A stretch of DNA of 62,353 nucleotides, the filler included. It is 5 parts of 5 records of this genome, joined end to end, with 100 filler letters (N's around TTAATTAATTAA, not from the genome) between each part and the next. Parts side by side here need not be neighbours in the genome. Positions count along the whole stretch, not along the records: positions 37,571 to 55,428 come from SRR9188677_112; positions 55,529 to 60,211 come from SRR9188677_129; positions 60,312 to 62,353 come from SRR9188677_172; 2 more parts are not named here. One strand, written 5' to 3'. Position 1 is the stretch's first letter; every line of letters starts with the position of its first letter. The translations under genes were made by a program, and so were the position numbers. A model generated the notes under the pieces. The model was not told the DNA's origin, ran no database searches, and saw only the letters and a program-made list of their open reading frames with translations. Shown here one piece after another: positions 53,664-62,353 of the stretch.

Positions 53664-55307
53664 ATGAATAAGTGGGTTACTTTTCTTTTGTTATGCTTTT
53701 GCATTGGAAGCGGATGTCAAATTAATCTTTATGCTCAAAAAGACCCAACATGGGATGATACCTCGAATAGTAAATGGAAAAGTGTATTTCAAAAAGTTGA
53801 TATTCCTTCTTCTTCTGATGGAAAAATTCAAAAAGCATATTTATACTCCTCTAAAAGTAAAACGGCAAAGCCTCTAATCGTCAGCCTACATACTTGGAGT
53901 GGAGATTATACTCAAATTGACCCATTAGCGAATGAAATTATCGCTAGAGATTGGAATTATATTCACCCAGATTTCAGAGGACCAAATAAAACCTCAGCAT
54001 CAATGGGAAGTAAATTCGTTATTTCTGACATTGAAGATGCCATACAATATGCCCTGAAAAATACAAATTCTGACCCAGAAGATGTTCATATTATTGGAGT
54101 TTCGGGTGGGGGCTTTGCTACTTTAGTTGCTTATATGAATGTCCAGTATCCTGTCAAATCCTTTTCAGCCTGGGCTCCTATTTCAGATTTGGATGCTTGG
54201 TATTGGGAGTCAGTAGGTCGTAAACAAAAATATGCAACTGATATTCGTAATGCTTTATCGACTGACAGTACTTTCAATCATAATGAAGCGATTAAACGTT
54301 CGCCTTTGCTACAAAAATTCCCTAAAGATTTACGTAAAAATGCTCAATTGTATATTTATGAGGGCATTCATGATGGTTATGAAGGCTCTGTTCCTATTAC
54401 ACACTCCATTAATATGTATAATCGTTTAGTTGGAGAGCTTAAATATAATAATTCATCCCTTGATGCTATTATGGATAAAGCAAACAATGATTCTTCCTTA
54501 GTTTCCAATAAAGAAATTATAAGTTTAGTCACAAAACGTTTCAATCCATTAGCCAATAATCAGAAATCTTTATTTGGTAGAAAAATATATTTATCTCGTG
54601 ATTTCGATAATATTCAACTAAGAATCTTCGAAGGTGGTCATGAGCAAATTCCACAAGCACTAGCATTTATTCCATTTAAAAATACACAATTACAAAAATT
54701 CAACATTTTAACCTTGGGAGATTCTAACGCTCAAAATAAAGATGGTTGGGTTGATCAATTAAAAAAAATACTTCCTAATTCAAATTTTGTCAATATTTCT
54801 AAGTCAGGTAGGACCATTGGATTTGATAACAATGGGAAGAAAGAGCTGAATGCTTTGAGTAATATCAATAGTTATTTAGATGAAGCCCAAGGGAAAATAG
54901 GAAAAGGTAAATACGATTTTATCATTGTTTGCCTCGGAACTAACGATACAAAAAATGAATATGCTGAACGCCAACCTGAGGTAATTGCTAATTTTGAACT
55001 TTTATTAAAAAGTATCAAAGCACATCCGCTCAGCAAAAAATCTGTAGATAAATTTATATACGTTACACCACCGCCTATAAAAGTTAAAAACATAGAACCT
55101 AAGTATATAGGCGGAAATGAACGAATAGCAAACCTAATCCCTCTATTTACAGAAATAGCTATTAAAAAGGGTTTTACAGTGGTTGATATTTATCATCCCT
55201 TACTAAATATCCTTGATTATTATGCTCCAGATGGAGTACACATGTCTGGTTCAGGACAAGAAATCATTGCATTAAAACTCATTGAAGTGATGCAGGAGAA
55301 AAAATAA
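53664..55307 (+). CDS. Secreted alpha/beta-hydrolase fused to an SGNH/GDSL esterase
   Basis: N-domain PLIVSLHTWSG, GVSGGG, EGGH; C-domain LGDSN, SGRT, LGTND, DGVH. Confidence 0.82.
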   Translation: MNKWVTFLLLCFCIGSGCQINLYAQKDPTWDDTSNSKWKSVFQKVDIPSSSDGKIQKAYLYSSKSKTAKPLIVSLHTWSGDYTQIDPLANEIIARDWNYIHPDFRGPNKTSASMGSKFVISDIEDAIQYALKNTNSDPEDVHIIGVSGGGFATLVAYMNVQYPVKSFSAWAPISDLDAWYWESVGRKQKYATDIRNALSTDSTFNHNEAIKRSPLLQKFPKDLRKNAQLYIYEGIHDGYEGSVPITHSINMYNRLVGELKYNNSSLDAIMDKANNDSSLVSNKEIISLVTKRFNPLANNQKSLFGRKIYLSRDFDNIQLRIFEGGHEQIPQALAFIPFKNTQLQKFNILTLGDSNAQNKDGWVDQLKKILPNSNFVNISKSGRTIGFDNNGKKELNALSNINSYLDEAQGKIGKGKYDFIIVCLGTNDTKNEYAERQPEVIANFELLLKSIKAHPLSKKSVDKFIYVTPPPIKVKNIEPKYIGGNERIANLIPLFTEIAIKKGFTVVDIYHPLLNILDYYAPDGVHMSGSGQEIIALKLIEVMQEKK

Positions 55308-55353
55308 AATTGAAAAAAAGAGCAGATTTCAGCAATGATAAGCGTTGATTATA

Positions 55354-55410
55354 GCAAAAGGCGAATGAGTATTAGTGATTAATTTCACTAAATACTCATT
55401 CGCCTTTTGC
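55354..55410. repeat. Long inverted repeat (20-bp perfect arms plus a 5-bp extension)
   Basis: GCAAAAGGCGAATGAGTATT...AATACTCATTCGCCTTTTGC. Confidence 0.85.
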
Positions 55411-55428
55411 CTAAGATTCTATGTATTT

Positions 55429-55528
55429 NNNNNNNNNNNNNNNNNNNNNNNNNNNNNNNNNNNNNNNNNNNNTTAATTAATTAANNNNNNNNNNNNNNNN
55501 NNNNNNNNNNNNNNNNNNNNNNNNNNNN
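55429..55528. other. Artificial contig linker
   Basis: N-TTAATTAATTAA-N. Confidence 0.98.
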
Positions 55529-55778
55529 AAGAAGTTGTATTTGAAAAGATTTGATTTTCAATGGTAAGATCGAAGGTAATGTCAACTTTTTCTTTGATGA
55601 AATAAGAACGTACCATGCCTTTGTTGATAAAAGCAACGTCAGCATTATATTCTCCTTCTTTTACCCAAAACTCTCCTTTTTTCAGTGTGATGTCAGTAAA
55701 ATAGGGTTGAGCTAAATCAAGATCTTCATCAGAAAAATCAACGTACTTTCGCACGAAGGCAATTAAATTATCTCTCAT
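55529..55778 (-). CDS. Crp/Fnr family cNMP-binding protein, 3' truncated
   Basis: LKKGEFWVKEGE...AFINKGMVRSYF; ATG 55778. Confidence 0.8.
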
Positions 55779-55978
55779 GTTGATGTGGTTGTATATTTTT
55801 ATATTTGGCTTTGGATAAGGATTAAACAATAAACTTTAATACAGAATAATTGTTCAATATAAATGAAATAAATTCAGATAATTAATACTAGCTAGGTATC
55901 TTGATTATCTGCGATTTATTCAATCGTTTGTTATGACATAAATACCTTCATAAAGTCACATCAAAAACCATAAATAAA

Positions 55979-56269
55979 ATGTTACAGTATGTAATTAACG
56001 CTTTTGACGGAAGCGATGCCGAAGCACAAAACCGTAGAATGACAGCCCGCCCACATCATTTGGAATGTGTCAGAAAATTAAAAGAAAACGGAAACTTTTT
56101 GTTAGGAGGAGCAATCCTGAATGAATTAGGACAAATGATAGGTTCAACCATGATTGTTCAATTTGAAACAGAAACGGCATTTCAAGATTGGTTCAATAAC
56201 GACCCTTACAATACAATGGGTGTTTGGCAACAAACAGAAGTGCATCCTTTCAGAGTAGCCAATGTGTAA
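55979..56269 (+). CDS. YciI family protein
   Basis: RRMTARPHHL, LGGAIL...GQMIGS and NDPY...GVW motifs. Confidence 0.88.
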   Translation: MLQYVINAFDGSDAEAQNRRMTARPHHLECVRKLKENGNFLLGGAILNELGQMIGSTMIVQFETETAFQDWFNNDPYNTMGVWQQTEVHPFRVANV

Positions 56270-56289
56270 ATGGAAAGGTAGGAAGTTTC

Positions 56290-57039
56290 CTATCCTTTCT
56301 TAAATAATTGTGCAATTTTAGAAAGTGGCTTCATCCATAAAGTGTACCAATGAGGCTTTAAATTATTAATTCTCCATGCTCTTCTATCTTCCATATTTGC
56401 CCTGTAGCGATGTTTCAAAGAGGCTGTACTTGTACCTCCATTTCTCATCGTCATAAGCGTAAGGGGTAAATACTGAACCGTCAAATGCTTTTTGTAAAGC
56501 ATTCTTAGCATAAATTCATAGTCACCAGAACAAGTAAAATCAGTTACGAAATATCCATATTTTTCAAATGCAGCTTTTTTTATGTAGAAAGAAGGGTGTG
56601 GAGGCATCCAGCCATTCAGCCAGTTTTCTCTTGAATACTCACCTGATTTCCAATAGCGAACGATTGTATAGATGTCGTCTGGATTAATAAACTGGATGTC
56701 ACCATATATCGCATCTGTATGGTATTGAAGAAATGTTTTTGCTACATTACTGATAACTTGATTATTAGGATAAAAATCATCTCCACCAATTGTTCCAATT
56801 ACTTCTCCTGTAGCCATTTTTACGCCTTTATTCATGGCATCGTAAATACCTTTGTCGGGTTCAGAAATAAATTTTATTTTATCTCCAAACGACTTTAAAA
56901 TTTCTACCGTACCATCTTTTGAGGCACCATCAACCACGATGTACTCAAGTGCTGGGTAATCTTGTGCTAAAACACTTTCAATGGTTTGGCGAATAGTGGC
57001 AGCGCTATTGAAGGAAACAGTAATGATAGAAATTTTCAT
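56290..57039 (-). CDS. Glycosyltransferase family 2 (WcaE-like)
   Basis: KISIITVSFN, VDGASKDGT, SEPDKGIYDAMNKG and GWMPPHP motifs; ATG 57039. Confidence 0.92.
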   Translation of the reverse strand: MKISIITVSFNSAATIRQTIESVLAQDYPALEYIVVDGASKDGTVEILKSFGDKIKFISEPDKGIYDAMNKGVKMATGEVIGTIGGDDFYPNNQVISNVAKTFLQYHTDAIYGDIQFINPDDIYTIVRYWKSGEYSRENWLNGWMPPHPSFYIKKAAFEKYGYFVTDFTCSGDYEFMLRMLYKKHLTVQYLPLTLMTMRNGGTSTASLKHRYRANMEDRRAWRINNLKPHWYTLWMKPLSKIAQLFKKG

Positions 57040-57258
57040 AAAGGGCGATTTTGCTAAGATTACAAAGATAGGGATAATTTTATTCGTCAAAAAAATCAAC
57101 GAAATGTTCAGTCTTTTCTCAGGATAAATCAGCTACAAGAAATGAGGAGAAAAATTCAAAAAGGGAACATACAACAAAGTCATATTTTGATTGGAAAAAA
57201 AATGTAAAATAATTTAAATATTTTTTCTTTAACTCATTGTAATTCAAAAAGAATCCTC

Positions 57259-57266
57259 TAATTTTG
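57259..57266 (+). promoter_or_regulatory. Bacteroidota -7 promoter box (distal)
   Basis: TAATTTTG followed by CAGTCC, with TTG ~20 nt upstream. Confidence 0.6.
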
Positions 57267-57604
57267 CAGTCCAATTAAGAGAGAGCGTTTTCTTTGTTTT
57301 TATATGGGTTGGCAGAACTCAATAAAAAAATACAGAAATAGGCAAAACGCTAAACCTCCTAATTCAAATTACCGCAAGTTTACTTGCAACAGTGTCAGAA
57401 CTGATATTTTAATGCAAAACTGAATGCCCAGTCTGTATTTTAAATATTAAGCTACACAAGAAACGTTTCGTTTTTCAACGCAATACGGTCTTTTCCGTCT
57501 CTTCGTCTGCATACGTGCACATCTTGTAGCTTTACTTCAATTCTGTCGCAAATTTTTATTCGTGAATTAATTAGTATAGATTTTGTTATACCAAATTAAA
57601 TCCC

Positions 57605-57612
57605 GACCTTTG
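57605..57612 (+). promoter_or_regulatory. Bacteroidota -7 promoter box for rplC (proximal)
   Basis: GACCTTTG followed by CAGTCC, with TTG ~20 nt upstream. Confidence 0.6.
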
Positions 57613-57694
57613 CAGTCCGTTTTACGTTCCCAGTTTGGGTTTTGTCGTAACTCGTTCATTTACAATCAATTATTTAACGTTTTATTCTAATAAA

Positions 57695-58312
57695 ATGTCT
57701 GGAATTATCGGAAAGAAAATCGGTATGACCAGCCTCTACAACGCTGACGGTTCTGCTGTCGCTTGTACGCTGATTGAAGCCGGTCCTTGTGTAGTAACGC
57801 AAGTAAAAACAGTAGAAAAAGAAGGTTATAGTGCTATTCAGTTAGGCTATGGCGAGAAAAAAGAGAAGCACACAACGCAACCTCTTTTAGGTCACTTCAA
57901 AAAAGCAGGAACTACTCCAAAGAAAAAACTCGTTGAGTTTAGATCTTTCGAAAATGAGCTTTCACTTGGTGAAGTTATCTCAGCAGAATTGTTCGTAGAA
58001 GGTGACTTCGTAGATGCAATTGGTACTTCAAAAGGTAAAGGTTTCCAAGGGGTTGTTAAGCGCCACGGTTTTGCAGGGGTTGGAGGTCAAACTCACGGTC
58101 AGCACAACAGAGGTCGTCACCCAGGTTCAATTGGAGCTTGTTCATTCCCATCTCGTGTATTCAAAGGTATTCGCATGGCAGGTCGTACAGGTGGTAACCG
58201 TGTAAAAGTTCAAAACTTACAAGTATTGAAAGTTTATGCAGAGAAAAACCTAATCGTAGTGTCGGGTTCAATCCCAGGAGCGAAAAACTCTTACGTTATT
58301 CTTGAAAAATAG
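57695..58312 (+). CDS. rplC: 50S ribosomal protein L3
   Basis: [25 protein letters not shown] and [11 protein letters not shown] motifs. Confidence 0.98.
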   Translation: MSGIIGKKIGMTSLYNADGSAVACTLIEAGPCVVTQVKTVEKEGYSAIQLGYGEKKEKHTTQPLLGHFKKAGTTPKKKLVEFRSFENELSLGEVISAELFVEGDFVDAIGTSKGKGFQGVVKRHGFAGVGGQTHGQHNRGRHPGSIGACSFPSRVFKGIRMAGRTGGNRVKVQNLQVLKVYAEKNLIVVSGSIPGAKNSYVILEK

Positions 58313-58410
58313 ATTTGAAAATTTGAAAGATATAAATCAGCTCTTTATAGTGATTTGAAATATCAGTAGTTATCAATTTTCAAATTTTCAATTTTCAAAT
58401 TTTCAAATTA
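58313..58410. repeat. Imperfect palindrome of ~8-bp tandem units (ATTTGAAA / TTTTCAAA)
   Basis: ATTTGAAAATTTGAAA...CAATTTTCAAATTTTCAATTTTCAAATTTTCAAATT in the rplC-rplD spacer. Confidence 0.7.
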
Positions 58411-58415
58411 GACAA

Positions 58416-59045
58416 ATGGAATTATCAGTTTTAAACATACAAGGCAAAGAAACAGGCAAAAAGGTAACTCTTTCTGACGAAATCTTTGGCATCGAGCCAA
58501 ACGAACACGTAGTTTGGTTAGACGTGAAGCAATTCTTGGCAAACCAACGTCAAGGAACTCACAGAGCGAAACCAAGAGCAGAAGTTTCTCGCTCTACTCG
58601 CAAGATTAAAAAACAAAAAGGTACAGGTGGTGCTCGTGCTGGTTCAGCAAAATCTCCATTGATGAAAGGTGGTGGACGTATTTTTGGTCCAGTTCCAAGA
58701 GATTACTCTTTCAAAGTAAACAAGAAAGTGAAATCATTGGCTCGCCAATCAGCTTATGCAGCTAAAGTACAGTCAGGTTCAGTAACAGTATTAGAAGGGT
58801 TCTCTTTTGATGCTCCAAAAACTAAATCTTACTTAGCATTGTTGAACGCATTGTCTTTAAACGATACTAAGACATTGTTAATCTTGCCAGAAGAAGATCA
58901 AAATGTTTATTTGTCAGGTCGTAATCTTCCAAAAACGAAAATTGCTTCAACAGGACAAGTTAACACTTATGACTTAGTTAACGCAACAAAATTGCTTATC
59001 GTAGAAGGAGCAATTTCAAAAATCGAATCATCTTTTAGTAATTAG
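58416..59045 (+). CDS. rplD: 50S ribosomal protein L4
   Basis: ANQRQGTH, KQKGTGGARAGS and GGGRIFGP motifs. Confidence 0.98.
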   Translation: MELSVLNIQGKETGKKVTLSDEIFGIEPNEHVVWLDVKQFLANQRQGTHRAKPRAEVSRSTRKIKKQKGTGGARAGSAKSPLMKGGGRIFGPVPRDYSFKVNKKVKSLARQSAYAAKVQSGSVTVLEGFSFDAPKTKSYLALLNALSLNDTKTLLILPEEDQNVYLSGRNLPKTKIASTGQVNTYDLVNATKLLIVEGAISKIESSFSN

Positions 59046-59099
59046 TTATTGGTTAATTGCGAATAGCAATAACGGATAATAAATAACGAAAATAAGAAA

Positions 59100-59387
59100 A
59101 TGAGCATTATCAAAAGACCAATTCTTACTGAGAAATCTCAGGACTTACAGAAAGGCGGTCAGTACGTTTTCGAAGTAGCAAACAAGACTAACAAAATCGA
59201 GATTGCTAAAGAAATCAAGAAAATGTACGGTGTTGAAGTTACGGCTGTAAACACACTTCGCCAATTTGGTAAGAAGAAATCAAGAAGTACTAGAACTAAA
59301 GTTACTTCTGGTATTACTTCGACATTCAAAAAAGCAATCGTTACTATCGCTAAAGGTGAAGTAATCGATTTCTATGACGGAATTTAA
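59100..59387 (+). CDS. rplW: 50S ribosomal protein L23
   Basis: IIKRPILTEK, NKIEI and FKKAIVT motifs. Confidence 0.97.
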   Translation: MSIIKRPILTEKSQDLQKGGQYVFEVANKTNKIEIAKEIKKMYGVEVTAVNTLRQFGKKKSRSTRTKVTSGITSTFKKAIVTIAKGEVIDFYDGI

Positions 59388-59392
59388 ATTAT

Positions 59393-59460
59393 AATTTGAA
59401 TTAAGCTAATTTGAAAATTTGGAATTCGATTTCATCTTCAAGTTATCAAATCTTCAAATT
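59393..59460. repeat. Imperfect palindrome of ~8-bp tandem units
   Basis: AATTTGAA...AATTTGAAAATTTGGAA...CTTCAAGTTATCAAATCTTCAAATT in the rplW-rplB spacer. Confidence 0.55.
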
Positions 59461-59506
59461 ACTTAACTATGGGAGTTCATCCCGATAAATTGAACAAAGC
59501 ACAGAA

Positions 59507-60211
59507 ATGGCAGCTACTAGAAAATTAAAACCAACAAGCCCGGGCTCACGCCACAGGATTGCTGCGACTTTCGAGGAAATAACAGCCTCAAAGCCGTACA
59601 AGCCTTTGTTAGCCCCAGTAAAAAGAACAGGTGGTCGTAATGCAGATGGACACCGTGCCATGCGTTATATCGGTGGGGGTCACAAACGTCGTTATCGTTT
59701 AGTTGATTTCTTCCGTAACAAATTCGATGTTGAAGCAACAGTTTTAACAGTTGAATACGATCCAAACCGTACAGCTCGTATCGCTCTTATCGAATATGTC
59801 GATGGCGAAAAAGCATACATCATCGCTCCAGCAGGAATCGTTGTTGGACAGAAAGTAATCTCAAGTGCTACAGCAGCACCAGAAGTAGGTAACACTATTC
59901 CATTAGCAAATATCCCAACAGGTACAATTGTTCACGCAATTGAACTTCGTCCAGGTGGTGGTGCTGAAATGGCTCGTTCTGCAGGTACTTATGCACAATT
60001 GTTAGCTCGTGATAGCAAATATGCTACGTTAAAATTGCCTTCAGGTGAGATGCGTATGGTATTGTCAAGATGTTTAGCAACAGTAGGTTCGGTATCTAAC
60101 AGTGATCACATGAATACCGTAATGGGTAAAGCAGGTCGTCATCGTTGGTTAGGTCGCCGTCCAAGAGTTCGTGGTGTAGTGATGAACCCAGTCGATCACC
60201 CAATGGGTGGT
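59507..60211 (+). CDS. rplB: 50S ribosomal protein L2, 3' truncated
   Basis: [21 protein letters not shown] and [17 protein letters not shown] motifs. Confidence 0.98.
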
Positions 60212-60311
60212 NNNNNNNNNNNNNNNNNNNNNNNNNNNNNNNNNNNNNNNNNNNNTTAATTAATTAANNNNNNNNNNNNNNNNNNNNNNNNNNNNNNNNN
60301 NNNNNNNNNNN
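60212..60311. other. Artificial contig linker
   Basis: N-TTAATTAATTAA-N. Confidence 0.98.
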
Positions 60312-61010
60312 TTGGGTAATAAAAAGCTAATGGAGCAAGTAGGGGCAGTAATTCCCGCAGATATTGAACAGAAAATTATTACTGAACAGAAATTAGGTAA
60401 AACGGTTTCTTACATTTCAGTTAGCGGAAATGTGGTGGGTTTTGTCTCAATTTCTGATGCCATCAAAGCTACCAGTAAAGATGCCATTCAGGAATTAATG
60501 CAACAAGGCGTTGAAGTGATTATGATGACAGGTGATAACGAAAATACGGCAAAAGCGGTAGCAACGGAATTGCATTTGAGTTCCTACAAAGCGGGTTGTT
60601 TGCCAGAGGATAAATTGAAGGAAATTGTACGATTGCAAGCTGAGGGAAAAATAGTGGCAATGGCGGGTGACGGTATAAATGATGCTCCCGCTTTGGCACA
60701 AGCTGACATTGGAATTGCGATGGGAACAGGAACGGATGTGGCAATTGAAAGTGCCAAGATTACACTCGTAAAAGGAGATTTACAAGGCATCGTGAAAGCT
60801 AAAAAATTGAGCCATGCTGTGATGAAAAATATCAAGCAAAATCTATTTTTTGCCTTTATTTATAATGTGTTGGGCGTTCCAATTGCCGCAGGAGTTTTAT
60901 ATCCATTTTTTGGCATTTTACTTTCTCCTATGATTGCTGCCTTAGCAATGAGTTTTAGTTCAGTGTCCGTGATTTTAAATGCTTTGAGATTAAAAAGTTT
61001 GAAAATTTAA
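60312..61010 (+). CDS. Cu(I)-type P1B ATPase (CopA-like), C-terminal part only
   Basis: [31 protein letters not shown] and MSFSSVSV motifs (the YN and MxxSS Cu-ligand motifs). Confidence 0.92.
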   Translation: MGNKKLMEQVGAVIPADIEQKIITEQKLGKTVSYISVSGNVVGFVSISDAIKATSKDAIQELMQQGVEVIMMTGDNENTAKAVATELHLSSYKAGCLPEDKLKEIVRLQAEGKIVAMAGDGINDAPALAQADIGIAMGTGTDVAIESAKITLVKGDLQGIVKAKKLSHAVMKNIKQNLFFAFIYNVLGVPIAAGVLYPFFGILLSPMIAALAMSFSSVSVILNALRLKSLKI

Positions 61011-61039
61011 CCAAATGTGGCGACGTAACGCAAAAATTT

Positions 61040-61492
61040 ATGAAAAAATCAATCGCAATTATCGCCTTATTTTTTATCGCTTCTTTAAGCGTGTTTGCCC
61101 AAAAAGCAACGCCAATGGTGGACTACAAAGGGCATATTTTGAATGGAAAAAACCAAATCGGAAGCATTACCTCAGAAGGAGGATTCGACCAAGCGGGGAA
61201 ATCAATGACTAAGGTGGACGGGAAAGGAAATATCGTAGATTCAGATGGAAAGGTAATTGGAACAGCCCCTAAAAATGGAACATTTGTCTATTATTTCAAG
61301 GATAATCAAGATAAATATACCGTTGGAAAAGCGAACCATTCGGGAATGTGCGAAGTAAAAAATGCCAAAGGTGAAACCGTTATGCTATTACACAATAATT
61401 ATAAACAGCAAGGAGCTTGTGCGGTTCATTGTCTATATGAAAACCACTGTATGCCCGAAAGCGACATGAATAAAACTGACCATAAACATTGA
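61040..61492 (+). CDS. Secreted hypothetical protein with Cys/His/Met-rich C-terminus
   Basis: Signal peptide, Gly-rich beta-hairpin-like repeats, CAVHCLYENHCMPESDMNKTDHKH. Confidence 0.75.
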   Translation: MKKSIAIIALFFIASLSVFAQKATPMVDYKGHILNGKNQIGSITSEGGFDQAGKSMTKVDGKGNIVDSDGKVIGTAPKNGTFVYYFKDNQDKYTVGKANHSGMCEVKNAKGETVMLLHNNYKQQGACAVHCLYENHCMPESDMNKTDHKH

Positions 61493-61499
61493 GACTAAA

Positions 61500-62150
61500 A
61501 TGCAAGATAAACCATTTATTCCAGCGTTAGGATATGATTTTTTGACAAACTATTATGACCTAACCATCAGTCTGACGATGCCCGAAAAGAGAATTCGTGA
61601 AACATTAATCAATGAAATTAACCCTCAAAAAAACGAAAATATTTTAGAATTTGGCTTTGGTACGGGGCAAAATTTAATACAACTAAAAACCAAAAATCCT
61701 TCAATACAGCTTTCTGGGCTGGATATTGACCCAAAAGTAAATGAAATTACCGAACGTAAATTAACAAATCAACAGTTAAAAGTCGCATTGAATTTGTATG
61801 ATGGGGGAAATTTTCCTTATCAAGATGCTCAATTTGATAAAGTATATAGTTGTTTGGTGTTTCATCAATTGGATGCTGATACAAAATGGTTTTGTCTAAA
61901 AGAAATTTACAGGGTTTTGAAACCAAATGGAACACTCATTATTGCAGATTGGGGAAAAGCTCAAAACTGGCTCATGCGTTTTACTTTTGGCTTTGTTCAA
62001 TTACTGGACGGATTCAAAACGACCAATGATAATGTGAAAGGAAAAATACCCGATTTTATTAAAGAAGTTGGTTTCAAAGAAATCACGATTTTACAATCAA
62101 TTAATACCATGTTAGGTACATTTTCTTATTTCAAAGCAAAAAAAAGATGA
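61500..62150 (+). CDS. Class I SAM-dependent methyltransferase
   Basis: ILEFGFGTG, GLDID, FDKVYS and EIYRVLKPNG motifs. Confidence 0.9.
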   Translation: MQDKPFIPALGYDFLTNYYDLTISLTMPEKRIRETLINEINPQKNENILEFGFGTGQNLIQLKTKNPSIQLSGLDIDPKVNEITERKLTNQQLKVALNLYDGGNFPYQDAQFDKVYSCLVFHQLDADTKWFCLKEIYRVLKPNGTLIIADWGKAQNWLMRFTFGFVQLLDGFKTTNDNVKGKIPDFIKEVGFKEITILQSINTMLGTFSYFKAKKR

Positions 62151-62308
62151 AAAATAACTGGTTGAGTATTTCTGATAAAGCATTGGATAATCTTTTCAGA
62201 AACGCATTAAAAAGAAGTAAAATTCCTTTTGATGAGATTGCTTGGATTAAAATGAAAATAAAGCTGAATAATTATTCTTACAATCAACAACAAATCTCAG
62301 AAATATGA
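62147..62308 (+). CDS. 53-aa small protein resembling an anti-sigma N-terminal helix domain
   Basis: MKNNWLSISDKALDNLFRNALKRSKIPFDEIAWIKMKIKLNNYSYNQQQISEI; ATGA overlaps at both ends; below the track cutoff. Confidence 0.5.
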   Translation: MKNNWLSISDKALDNLFRNALKRSKIPFDEIAWIKMKIKLNNYSYNQQQISEI

Positions 62309-62353
62309 AATTCTTAAAATGGGTATTCAAAAAATTATTCATTAAAAAGTGCT

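Noticed and set aside
57270..57600. rpsJ remnant, tRNA or SRP RNA upstream of rplC
   Set aside because: I found no S10-like translation, cloverleaf/T-loop or SRP GGAA-loop motif by eye; kept only as an unassigned structured region.
58313..58410. CRISPR array or microsatellite phase-variation tract
   Set aside because: Units are 7-8 bp, degenerate and inverted, with no unique spacers and no cas genes.
17550..60311. Four TTAATTAATTAA sequences within N runs, as possible repeats or att sites
   Set aside because: Identical 100-nt artificial linkers with six-frame stops. ORF ends at 17597, 17598, 37519, 55473 and 60259 are artefacts, and genes across linkers are not true neighbours.
461..61935. 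Numerous 60-160 aa track ORFs overlapping called genes (e.g. 39347-39823, 47951-48295, 10425-10760, 58014-58205)
   Set aside because: Antisense or off-frame to well-supported genes and lacking family features.
1..62353. Transposases, integrases, prophage, rRNA or tRNA genes
   Set aside because: No matching ORF motifs or RNA signatures were seen.

Overview
AT-rich Bacteroidota DNA, most likely Cytophagales/Spirosomaceae-like. This assignment is inferred from the SusC/SusD, ECF-FecR and Y_Y_Y sensor genes and from TAnnTTTG promoter boxes. The window is five contigs joined by artificial 100-nt N-TTAATTAATTAA-N linkers (17550-17649, 37471-37570, 55429-55528, 60212-60311), so adjacency across linkers means nothing. 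Contig 1: two TetR-controlled RND efflux operons (one carries a glutathione peroxidase and a PaaI thioesterase), comA, dedA, a PhyH dioxygenase beside a sphingomyelin-synthase-like protein, lipoprotein msrA and dsbD. Contig 2: a large DUF11/SdrD-B adhesin divergent from an ECF sigma and a probable dual-membrane-spanning anti-sigma. It also carries an ACP-like protein lacking the phosphopantetheine serine, a candidate sRNA, htpG, an FNR-like locus (ccoI/fixI-type ATPase, Crp/Fnr, Usp) with shared boxes, a hybrid kinase and a GH20. Contig 3: a TonB receptor with LytS/LytTR, an AAA/DUF4143 ATPase, and a pectin-type PUL whose susC has one in-frame TAA. Contig 4: yciI, a GT2, and rplC-rplD-rplW-rplB without rpsJ, preceded by a structured ORF-free region. 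Contig 5: the end of a Cu-type P1B ATPase cluster. No rRNA, tRNA, CRISPR array or transposase was seen. All family calls come from motif recognition by eye; no searches were run.
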